From the IMG/VR virus record IMGVR_UViG_3300045988_159706: DNA of 64,000 nt. One strand, given 5' to 3'. A model generated the notes under the pieces. The model was not told the DNA's origin. It did not search any database and worked only from the letters and a program-made list of their open reading frames with translations. The stretch comes from a virus. Positions 7,765-15,326 of this stretch are shown one piece after another. The position numbers were made by a program, and so were the translations under genes. The first letter of the stretch is position 1, and every line of letters begins with the position of its first letter.

Positions 7765-7977
7765 ATGACACAGTATATTTATATACATACAAACAAATTC
7801 TCTAGATGGTTTCTTTTAAGATATCTTAAAAAGAAAGGTTATACCTTTAGAAATAATATGACTCAGGAATATATTTTTATTCATCCTTATGGTAGATATG
7901 CTTTTTGTATGTGTGAAAAAGTAATAGCTTACGAACAAGTATGGGCTTGGATTGTATTTAATAGTATATTTAAATAA
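7765..7977 (+). CDS. Hypothetical protein
   Basis: 70-aa ORF with TAA stop. Confidence 0.45.
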   Translation: MTQYIYIHTNKFSRWFLLRYLKKKGYTFRNNMTQEYIFIHPYGRYAFCMCEKVIAYEQVWAWIVFNSIFK

Positions 7978-7985
7978 TTTCAACA

Positions 7986-8105
7986 ATGCTTTACTGTAAT
8001 ATATGTGGATCTCCTTTACGATATATAGGAGAAACTAAGGATGCTAGTGGAAATGTTATAAGCATCTATTCATGTCCAAAATGTAACAAGTTAGTTTATA
8101 TTTAG
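7986..8105 (+). CDS. Small zinc-ribbon protein (39 aa)
   Basis: MLYCNICGSPL...YSCPKCNKLVYI with two CxxC pairs. TAG stop. Below the ORF-track size cutoff. Confidence 0.45.
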   Translation: MLYCNICGSPLRYIGETKDASGNVISIYSCPKCNKLVYI

Positions 8106-8106
8106 T

Positions 8107-8487
8107 ATGTTCTTTCTTAATTTAGCTGTATTAATTTTTTGTGGAGCAGTTCTTGGATATGAGAGACAAAAAACTAACAAGGTAATTGGAATTCGTTCCG
8201 TTGTTCTACTGATGTTAGGATCTTTTATATTTACATATATCTCTACAAGAATAGGTGGAGATCCTTCTAGAGTAGCTGCCCAGATAGCTTCTGGAGTTGG
8301 CTTTATTGGTGCTGGAATCATTTGGAAGGATAAATCTACCAATATAGCTAACTTAACAACAGCAATTCTCATTTGGGTTATTGCAGCTTTAGGAAGCATG
8401 ATTTCTATTGGATTACTTGCTGAAGCAGTAGTAATAACAGGAGTAATTTACATTGTCCTTAGATTTAATTTTTTGAAGGACGTCTAA
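8107..8487 (+). CDS. MgtC/SapB family membrane protein
   Basis: LGYERQKTNKVIGIRSVVLLMLGS...AAQIASGVGFIGAGIIW matches the MgtC N-terminal membrane domain (G.ER....k.aG.RT..Lv..gs...a.qi.sGiGFlGaG.I). Confidence 0.7.
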   Translation: MFFLNLAVLIFCGAVLGYERQKTNKVIGIRSVVLLMLGSFIFTYISTRIGGDPSRVAAQIASGVGFIGAGIIWKDKSTNIANLTTAILIWVIAALGSMISIGLLAEAVVITGVIYIVLRFNFLKDV

Positions 8488-8493
8488 AGGTTT

Positions 8494-8578
8494 GGAGAGT
8501 AATCCTTGATGGTGATAGGGCTTGCCTGCTAAGCAATGTGTGCCTTTCTGGCATGTGGTTCGATTCCACTGCTCTCCG
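8494..8578 (+). tRNA. tRNA-Ser (anticodon GCT), class II
   Basis: Acceptor GGAGAGT/GCTCTCC, anticodon loop CTGCTAA, extra arm TGCC-TTTCT-GGCA, T loop TTCGATT, discriminator G. Confidence 0.8.
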
Positions 8579-8602
8579 CAAATAAACTAATATTAGAAGG
8601 GT

Positions 8603-8794
8603 ATGGAATTTAAAGTAATCAGAATTATCTTTGATAATGGAACAGAACAGGTTTTTAATTTTCAACATGTAAGAGATTTCAGTTACAATGAGAAAAATAA
8701 ATCTGCAGTTATAACTATAAAAGGAAACGGACCAAATTGGGATACTCAGCTATTTGATAATATTACTGAATTATATATTTCGAATTTAGAGTAA
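8603..8794 (+). CDS. Hypothetical protein
   Basis: 63-aa ORF lying between two tRNA genes. TAA stop. Confidence 0.5.
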   Translation: MEFKVIRIIFDNGTEQVFNFQHVRDFSYNEKNKSAVITIKGNGPNWDTQLFDNITELYISNLE

Positions 8795-8802
8795 TTAAGG
8801 AT

Positions 8803-8885
8803 GCCCCTGTGGCGTAATTTGGTAGCCGCGCTAGACTTAGGATCTAGTGAGGAAACTCGTGCAGGTTCGAGTCCTGTCAGGGGTA
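8803..8885 (+). tRNA. tRNA-Leu (anticodon TAG), class II
   Basis: Arm-for-arm parallel to bacterial tRNA-Leu: GCCCCTG-TG-GCG...CGC, anticodon stem CTAGA/TCTAG with loop CTTAGGA, extra arm TGAGGAAACTCGT, T arm GCAGG-TTCGAGT-CCTGT, discriminator A. Confidence 0.9.
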
Positions 8886-8914
8886 CTTAACAATGTTTAA
8901 AATTATTAATACCA

Positions 8915-9481
8915 ATGAATATTGAAAATTTTTCAACGATAAATCTTCCTGGTCTAGCAGACCTAGGAGATACTAAAAATTGAGCAAGTATTAAAGGGGA
9001 TGATCCAGGGCCTAAAGGGCCTATAGGTTCTGTGGGATATTCAGCAACAGGTGTAGGCAGGGGAAATCTTACTTCTACTACCTCAACTGGAATCGGTACT
9101 AATAGTATCACTATAAGCTCTAGTAATCCGTATGCATATGGGCCAATTAAAACAGAAAGATTTCCTATGAGTGAAGAACTTTATTTATATATAACTGGTG
9201 GTAAAAGTTGTATTTCTACAGCACCTCCTACTTGGAATAGTCAAGAGAACTGTCTTTGGCATGCAAAAGGTTCCCGAGTATTTTCAATAGAAGGTGATTA
9301 TGGACTATCTCGTCTTATAAAATCTTATATTGGTTCTGAACTAGATATAATTTACACATATCTTACTATAAATGGATTTAATGTTTATGCTACTATTTTA
9401 GGACCTTCTGGAGAATTATATATAACGAAAGAATCTGTAAAAACTAAAGAAGATTTGATTCATAGAAATCGAAAGAAATAA
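8915..9481 (+). CDS. Protein with a short collagen-like G-X-Y stretch (fibre-like?)
   Basis: ATG at 8915, in frame with ORF 9032-9481 through one TGA (TKN-W-ASIK). Contains GDDPGPKGPIGSVG triplets and then a Ser/Thr/Gly-rich region. Confidence 0.6.
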
Positions 9482-9493
9482 ATAAAAAGGATT

Positions 9494-9583
9494 GCGCCTG
9501 ACCCGAGGCGGGGGGGAGGTCTTCAAAACCTCTATGCTGTTGGTCCATCTTCAGCCCTGTGGGATCGTTACCTACCAGGCGTG
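9494..9583 (+). tRNA. Opal-decoding tRNA (anticodon TCA) with a long extra arm and G73
   Basis: Acceptor GCGCCTG/CAGGCGT. Anticodon stem GAGGT/ACCTC with loop CTTCAAA (UCA). About 25-nt extra region with GCTG/CAGC stem. T arm GTGGG-ATCGTTA-CCTAC. Discriminator G. The D region is G-rich and non-canonical. Confidence 0.75.
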
Positions 9584-9600
9584 CAAGTAAGAAGTAAAAT

Positions 9601-10185
9601 ATGACTATTAAGGAACAATGTATACATTTACGAGAAGAAGGAAAAACTTATAACGAAATTTGTGCTATTCTACACTGCTCTAAAAGTACAGTTGCATATC
9701 ATTTGAACGCGACTACTAAAATAGCAGCCACAAAATGACAAAGTGAAAATAAATGTAAGGATTGAAAGTATAAATTTATGCATAGTTGTTCTAATTTTTT
9801 AAATCGAAAAGATAGATCTAAACACATCAAAACAATGTGCTCAGATTGAAATAAAAAGTTTAGAACTCACGTATCAGAGTTCAATAATAGATATAAAAAT
9901 AAAGGAAATTTGGCTAATAAATGTTACTATAAAGATGTGTTAACATATCTTAATGGAACTAATGTTAAATGTTATTTAACAGGTACACCTATTGATTTGA
10001 CAAAAGATGATTATTGTTTTGATCATATAGTTCCTGTATCAAAAGGAGGAACTAATGAATTATCAAATCTAGGAGTAACTATTCCCTCAGCTAATTATTC
10101 TAAACATGATTTAACTATAGAGGAATATTTGTCTTTATGTAAACAGGTTTTAGAACATCATGGGTATACTGTAAGTAAAACTTAA
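9601..10185 (+). CDS. HNH homing endonuclease with N-terminal helix-turn-helix
   Basis: ATG at 9601 is in frame with ORF 9910-10185 through three TGA codons. N-terminal EGKTYNEICAILHCSKSTVAYHL looks like an HTH. C-terminal CFDHIVPVSKGGTNELSNLGVTIPSANYSKH is the HNH core. Confidence 0.8.
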
Positions 10186-10189
10186 AAAT

Positions 10190-10693
10190 ATGACTTATAA
10201 ACAAATTTTTATTGGAGGGATTACTATTCTGGGTATGTATATGCTACTGGGTTTGATGTTAAATTTCCCATGTAAATCAGAAGTGCCTCCAGTAAACTCT
10301 CCTGTAATTATTACAGAAGATTGTGATTCTCTTACAGAGTGGCAAGTTTTTATCATGGCACTTGTTGAAGTAGAATGTGAGAGAAATCCAAAAGTAAAAT
10401 CTAGTAAAAATGCAATAGGCCCATTCCAAATTACTAAAATTTATGTTGATGAAGTTAATAACTTATATAACACTAATTTTGTGTTAGAGGATGCTTGGGA
10501 TCTTGATAAAGCTTTAACTATGTTTGAAATGATGAATGACCATTATAATCCAACTAGAGATATTGATAGAGCAATTAAACTACATAATCCTGGGGCTGGT
10601 AAATGGTATGGGAAAAGAATAAAAGATCGTATGGAACTAATTCGATTTAGTGAAGCACTAAGATTCAAAATTGTTGAACTTTACGATAATTAA
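10190..10693 (+). CDS. Lytic transglycosylase-type endolysin with N-terminal signal-anchor
   Basis: N-terminal TM span IFIGGITILGMYMLLGLML. EVECERNPKVKSSKNAIGPFQI resembles the SLT catalytic Glu block (E...s.GlmQi). Confidence 0.65.
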   Translation: MTYKQIFIGGITILGMYMLLGLMLNFPCKSEVPPVNSPVIITEDCDSLTEWQVFIMALVEVECERNPKVKSSKNAIGPFQITKIYVDEVNNLYNTNFVLEDAWDLDKALTMFEMMNDHYNPTRDIDRAIKLHNPGAGKWYGKRIKDRMELIRFSEALRFKIVELYDN

Positions 10694-10694
10694 T

Positions 10695-10796
10695 ATGTGG
10701 TGGTTGATTGGATTACTATTAGCTATTGCTATCATACTTAGTCCTATGTTATGGGCTATTTATAAACATATAACGTATGAGAAGTTGAATAACTAA
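10695..10796 (+). CDS. Small single-TM protein (33 aa), lysis-cassette candidate
   Basis: MWWLIGLLLAIAIILSPMLWAIYKHITYEKLNN. It sits between the endolysin and a membrane-anchored coiled-coil protein. Confidence 0.4.
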   Translation: MWWLIGLLLAIAIILSPMLWAIYKHITYEKLNN

Positions 10797-11388
10797 AATT
10801 TTAAGTGGAGTTGCAATTATTTTAGGAATAACTGTTTACTTCATGAATGTAAGGATAAATGATTTAAATAAATCATTAGATATATCCGTTAATAATGAAA
10901 AAGCATACTCGGCTGAAAACTCAGCCTTGAAAGAGAGTAATATAGTTTTTAGATTTGAGTTAGCTCAAATGACCCACATGAATGATTCAATTCTTGTGAA
11001 AATGCGAGAAGTAGCCCAAGAACTCAAAATAAAGGATAAGAAATTAGAATCTTTACAATATCAGTTAGAACATATTTCTAAGTCAGATACTATTTTTATT
11101 AGAGATACTATATTTAAAGATCCTGGTTTTAAACTTGATACGTGTATTCAAGATAAATGGGCTAGAACTTGTCTGCATCTTGAATATCCAAATGAAGTAG
11201 GAGTGTCAAGTGAGTTTAACAATGAAAAATATATTATTACTTCCTGGAAAAAAGAACCAATTAAGCAAAGGAAGTGGTTCCTTCCAAGATGGTTTACGAA
11301 AAAACAAAAAATTATAACTGTTGACGTAGTAGATAAGAATCCTTATGTAACTACAGAAAGACAGAGATTTGTACAAATTGTAGATTAA
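10777..11388 (+). CDS. Membrane-anchored coiled-coil protein (spanin-like)
   Basis: ATG at 10777 is in frame with ORF 10843 through TGA (MRS-W-ITKILSGVAIILGITVYF), which adds an N-terminal TM segment. The rest is coiled-coil-like. Confidence 0.5.
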
Positions 11389-11655
11389 ATGATTACAACA
11401 ATACCTACAAAATATGATATAGGGCAGAAAGTATATTTAAAGAAAACTGCTCTTGACTTTTCTCGAGGATATTTCATTGATGTTGAAGTTCCAGATCCAA
11501 CTCCTTACATAATTACATCTATTAGAATTCATGTATATCCTGATTATACAAGTATTTATTATCGTATCGATGGAAAACAGGAATCTATTAGGGAGGATAA
11601 AGTATTTAGTTCTTTAGAAGAGGTGGAAGCCCATTGTAAGCATGATTCAGAATAG
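11389..11655 (+). CDS. Hypothetical protein
   Basis: 88-aa ORF starting directly after the previous stop. TAG stop. Confidence 0.55.
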   Translation: MITTIPTKYDIGQKVYLKKTALDFSRGYFIDVEVPDPTPYIITSIRIHVYPDYTSIYYRIDGKQESIREDKVFSSLEEVEAHCKHDSE

Positions 11656-12136
11656 TTTTTTGGAAAAAGGTAAAGAGAAAGAATTAGAATTTGCCTTAGC
11701 TCTTTGCAAAGCTAAAAGTCTTTCGTCCTCTATAATAGAAGAAGCTAGCAAGGAAGATGACATTTATCGTCATATTGATATCTGGGTAGGAGCAAATAGT
11801 TTCGATGTTAAAGCTGCAAAGAAAATTAACCGCTCTGATTTACTTCCTAACTATGATATTCATTGGATAGAACTCAGAAACGTTCATGGAGACAAAGGCT
11901 GGCTATTCGGGCAAGCTGATTATATAGCCTTTGAGTTGGAAACTACTTGGTGTATCTGTCCAAGAATTTCTTTAATACGGTCTCTAAAGGGTAAAATTGA
12001 TTTTTCCAATTTTACTACTAATAGAGATGATATGTTTAGAGTATATAGACGTAAAGATAGATTAGATGCTATTGTTAAAGTCGATAGTGATTTTTTGACC
12101 AAGGTTACGTCTAGTTTTTTAATTCCTAAAGAATAG
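11642..12136 (+). CDS. Hypothetical protein with a possible PD-(D/E)xK nuclease motif
   Basis: HIDIWVGANSFDVKAAK fits D...(D/E)xK. 164 aa. Confidence 0.4.
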   Translation: MIQNSFLEKGKEKELEFALALCKAKSLSSSIIEEASKEDDIYRHIDIWVGANSFDVKAAKKINRSDLLPNYDIHWIELRNVHGDKGWLFGQADYIAFELETTWCICPRISLIRSLKGKIDFSNFTTNRDDMFRVYRRKDRLDAIVKVDSDFLTKVTSSFLIPKE

Positions 12137-12139
12137 ACT

Positions 12140-12322
12140 ATGATTTTCTCTTTAGTGTATTACTTGATTTGTGTAGGTATTATTTTTGGATCTGATGATG
12201 GAAAACCTTGGAAGTTTTCAGATTATGTTCTTTTATTATTTGCTGGCATTTATGCTCCTTTAAGTGTAGGAATGTATATTGGTCGATTTTTAAAAGAAAA
12301 TAAGGTATATAAGGAAGAGTAA
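12140..12322 (+). CDS. Small membrane protein
   Basis: 60 aa with two hydrophobic spans. Confidence 0.5.
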   Translation: MIFSLVYYLICVGIIFGSDDGKPWKFSDYVLLLFAGIYAPLSVGMYIGRFLKENKVYKEE

Positions 12323-12333
12323 TCTTCCTATAT

Positions 12334-12409
12334 GGTGCGTATAGCTCAGTTGGTTTAGAGCGCCAGATTGTGGCTCTGGAGGTCACCGATTCGAATTCGG
12401 TTATGCACC
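12334..12409 (+). tRNA. tRNA-His (anticodon GTG) with encoded G-1
   Basis: G-1 pairs with C73. Acceptor GTGCGTA/TATGCAC, D arm GCTC-AGTTGGTTTA-GAGC, anticodon stem CCAGA/TCTGG with loop TTGTGGC, T arm ACCGA-TTCGAAT-TCGGT. Confidence 0.9.
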
Positions 12410-12423
12410 CTTAAATTATTTTT

Positions 12424-12720
12424 ATGAAGACATTTACTGAGTTTAAAAAACTTATTCCCAATAATAAATTGGGTGTTATTTCTCATCCTTGTAATAATTC
12501 AGTAACAGAGCCAAATATCTTAAAATGTTTGAATTACAAGATGCAATTTTCACTTCGAAAATGTAATCTTATCTATTGGAATATGCTGAAACAGCTTTAT
12601 ATATCATCTGATGATATGTTTAAATTTCTTAAAGGAGGAGTAAGTTATAGAGAAAGTATGACTGCCTTAATGGTAAGAGTACTAAGAGAAAATGTAGCTA
12701 AAAACGTATGAAAAAACTAA
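12424..12720 (+). CDS. Hypothetical protein
   Basis: ORF 12424-12711 ends at TGA (12709-12711) overlapping the mgsA ATG. Read-through adds W-K-N before TAA at 12718-12720. Confidence 0.5.
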
Positions 12721-13196
12721 ATATAGCACTCGTTGCACATGATGCACGAAAACAAGAATTAATTGATTGGGTTAAATTTAATAAACACTTATTATATAAC
12801 CATCATATTACTGCTACTGGCACTACAGGCAGATTACTTGGTAATATCATGGTTAAACAAGTTGCAGAAACAGACTGGAAAGGAAATGAATATTTTGTAA
12901 ATAAATATTTAAATGTAACCTCTGTTCTTTCTGGACCTCTTGGAGGAGATCAAATGATTGGTGCAATGATTGCACAAGGTCAAATTGATGTATTAATCTT
13001 CTTCTGTGATAATCTTATTACACAAGGACATCAAACAGATATTTCTGCATTAACTCGATTGGCATCCTTATATAATATTGCATTTGCAACAAATAGAACT
13101 ACAGCAGACATGATTCTTACTTCGTCATTATTTGCGAATGAAGAATATTGTCCTGTAAAAGCGGATTTTAGTAGTTATTTAAATCGCAAACTTTAG
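12708..13196 (+). CDS. mgsA: Methylglyoxal synthase
   Basis: IALVAHDARKQELIDW, ATGTTGRLL, SGPLGGDQMIGAMIAQGQIDVLIFF, GHQTDISALTRLA and NIAFATNRTTAD align with the MGS family blocks (AHD, TGTTG, GPlGGDqqig, H..D...L.Rl, N..tA). Confidence 0.8.
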   Translation: MKKLNIALVAHDARKQELIDWVKFNKHLLYNHHITATGTTGRLLGNIMVKQVAETDWKGNEYFVNKYLNVTSVLSGPLGGDQMIGAMIAQGQIDVLIFFCDNLITQGHQTDISALTRLASLYNIAFATNRTTADMILTSSLFANEEYCPVKADFSSYLNRKL

Positions 13197-13198
13197 TT

Positions 13199-13456
13199 AT
13201 GTCAAAAAGTCGCAAACTTCCAATTTTTAAAGATAAAGGTCTTAAAGGCATTTATCACAGAATTGTTAAAAGGAGAATAAAAAATTATTTAAAGAGTAAT
13301 TTTTTAAGATTACAAGATGAGGATTTTGATTGTAATATTCCAAATCCTAAAACAATAGTTAGCGACTACAATTATAGCGATTATACAATCGATTTACGTT
13401 ATGAAAAAGGTAAAAGATGGGGAGAAGAGTGGAAAGCTAAATTCTCTAGAAAATAA
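13199..13456 (+). CDS. Hypothetical basic protein
   Basis: 85-aa Lys/Arg-rich ORF with TAA stop. Confidence 0.45.
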   Translation: MSKSRKLPIFKDKGLKGIYHRIVKRRIKNYLKSNFLRLQDEDFDCNIPNPKTIVSDYNYSDYTIDLRYEKGKRWGEEWKAKFSRK

Positions 13457-13595
13457 ACGTATCTTAGATTACATAAAGGCTGTAAGGAAGAAATCAAGGG
13501 AAGAGGAGATCCAATTGTATGGAAAACCTCTTCCTAAAACTAAGATTAAAGAATCAAAAAAGATATATAAGAGAAATAAAAAATGACTGCATTAG
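13401..13595 (+). CDS. Hypothetical very basic protein overlapping the previous ORF in another frame
   Basis: ORF 13401-13586 ends at TGA overlapping the next ATG. Read-through adds W-L-H before TAG. The relationship to 13199-13456 is unresolved. Confidence 0.35.
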
Positions 13596-14959
13596 ATTTT
13601 TTTTATGATGAGTTTGTTGCATTTTGCAATAAGTATGATCTAGTGGAACAATTTAATAAAGGGTTGCAGATAAAAGGTTTTCCTTACGAGTTAAGCTGTA
13701 AACCCTTTATTTTATCTAGGTTATCTCCAGAAATATTTAATTACTCTTTACATTGGGCAGAAACTCCTACCCCAAAATCACATTCATGGAGAGAAATTCA
13801 TGATCTTTGGGCAGAAAAAAGTGCAAAGATAGAAAATAGCTTCAAGAAGAAATCAAAAGTATTTGAATCATTTCCAGTATACTACTTTAAGTATAAAGGA
13901 TATGATTATTTAGACTATGTTTCCAATTATATTAGGCAGTTATACTATGCAGATCAGTTAATTCCAGTAAGAGTTATAGATGTAAAACAAGTAGACGTAA
14001 AAAATGGATGCCCAGAAGGTGTACATATTATTTCAAATATGTCCATGTGGGCATTAAAAATGGTGACTAAGTATAAGGGGGTTGTTGAATATAAGGAGTA
14101 TGACTTAGGAAAGAACATTATTAGAATGTCTGATAAGTTTGCATCTATTATGAAAGCATTCCCAGCTGGATTATCTGCCATTCTAGAACTAAATCCTTCT
14201 AAAAAGGTCAATTATCTAGATATTGACTATAATACAGGCAAAGTTTCTTATCTTCCTATAGAGAAAACTCTTAAAAAGGATTTTGAGTCTGTACGTGCAT
14301 ATGCAGATAGTAATAGGAAAACAACTACTATAGGACGATTACTCAATAAGTTCAATTGGGCCCCTTATCTAGATAGATGTGATATCGAAAGGATATCTAA
14401 TTTTGTTTCTGGATATGGAGAAACTCTTAGTGTAGAAATTTGGGAACCTGAAAAAATACGTATAGCATATTTAGAAGATAATTATGCAGAAGAACTAAGA
14501 TGTATAAAATCTACATTGCATAATTCTTGTATGCGATATGCTGAGTGTCAAGATTTTTTTGAGTTTTATGAAAAAGCTGATGCAAAGATTGCTGTAGCAC
14601 TTGATGAAAAAGGTAAAGTTTGTGCCAGAGCAATACTTTGGCAAATCAATGATTCTTTATACTTTCTGGATAGGATTTACTCAATTAGTCCTTTTTACTA
14701 TGTAAAGTTTGCAAAAGCTGTTGCAAGTAAGGTTCCTATAGACTTTTATAAAGTAGATAGAACTATATACAATATAAAAACTCTCACTGAAGCAGAAATG
14801 CCAGTTTATAGATTATTTAGACCGAAGTTAATAAATTATGAAGGATTGGTTCCCTATGTAGATACTTTCTATATATTTGATTCTACTTGTGGAGAACTAT
14901 TGACTGATACAAAAATTTTTAAACTTCAAACTACTGAAGGAAATTTAATACATATATAA
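13583..14959 (+). CDS. Uncharacterised large protein, paralog family A (see 30146-31546)
   Basis: 458 aa. Shares the block LHNSCMRY...FFEFY...IAVALDEKGKVCARAILWQINDSLYFLDRIY with the 30146 gene. All 7 Trp codons are TGG. Confidence 0.65.
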   Translation: MTALDFFYDEFVAFCNKYDLVEQFNKGLQIKGFPYELSCKPFILSRLSPEIFNYSLHWAETPTPKSHSWREIHDLWAEKSAKIENSFKKKSKVFESFPVYYFKYKGYDYLDYVSNYIRQLYYADQLIPVRVIDVKQVDVKNGCPEGVHIISNMSMWALKMVTKYKGVVEYKEYDLGKNIIRMSDKFASIMKAFPAGLSAILELNPSKKVNYLDIDYNTGKVSYLPIEKTLKKDFESVRAYADSNRKTTTIGRLLNKFNWAPYLDRCDIERISNFVSGYGETLSVEIWEPEKIRIAYLEDNYAEELRCIKSTLHNSCMRYAECQDFFEFYEKADAKIAVALDEKGKVCARAILWQINDSLYFLDRIYSISPFYYVKFAKAVASKVPIDFYKVDRTIYNIKTLTEAEMPVYRLFRPKLINYEGLVPYVDTFYIFDSTCGELLTDTKIFKLQTTEGNLIHI

Positions 14960-14960
14960 T

Positions 14961-15326
14961 ATGAAAAATGCACGTTTTTATTACAGTGTTCCGCTGAGCA
15001 CTGTAAAGGTTTTAGTTGTAGGAACTCAAGATTTTATTCCTGATGATGTTGCTGGTTTTTACAAATCTTCAATTCAGCCTATGCCTCGAATTACTATTTG
15101 TAGTCTGCTTAATGAGGATCGTACAAAATTATCTTTTGGAGTAGCTGTATGTTCAGCTAAAGATCGTTTCGTAAAGAAGATTGGTCGTGAGTTAGCTTAC
15201 AAAAGAGCCCTTGAACATCCTTTCAAAGTAGCTGAAGTTACTAAAGATAATATTCGTGAAGTACGAATGAATGTATCTCAGGCTATTGAAAGAGAAATAT
15301 GGGCAATGCATCCTAAGAAATTCTAA
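14961..15326 (+). CDS. Hypothetical protein
   Basis: 121-aa ORF with TAA stop overlapping the next ATG. Confidence 0.55.
   Translation: MKNARFYYSVPLSTVKVLVVGTQDFIPDDVAGFYKSSIQPMPRITICSLLNEDRTKLSFGVAVCSAKDRFVKKIGRELAYKRALEHPFKVAEVTKDNIREVRMNVSQAIEREIWAMHPKKF

Noticed and set aside
9494-9583. Selenocysteine decoding by the UCA tRNA
   Set aside because: There are about 75 TGA codons in this window alone, in almost every gene class and at Trp positions of non-selenoprotein families. The acceptor stem is 7 bp rather than the bacterial Sec 8 bp, and no 6-bp D stem can be drawn. No selA/selB/selD-like genes are seen. The Sec/Ser-like features are kept as an open question in the findings.
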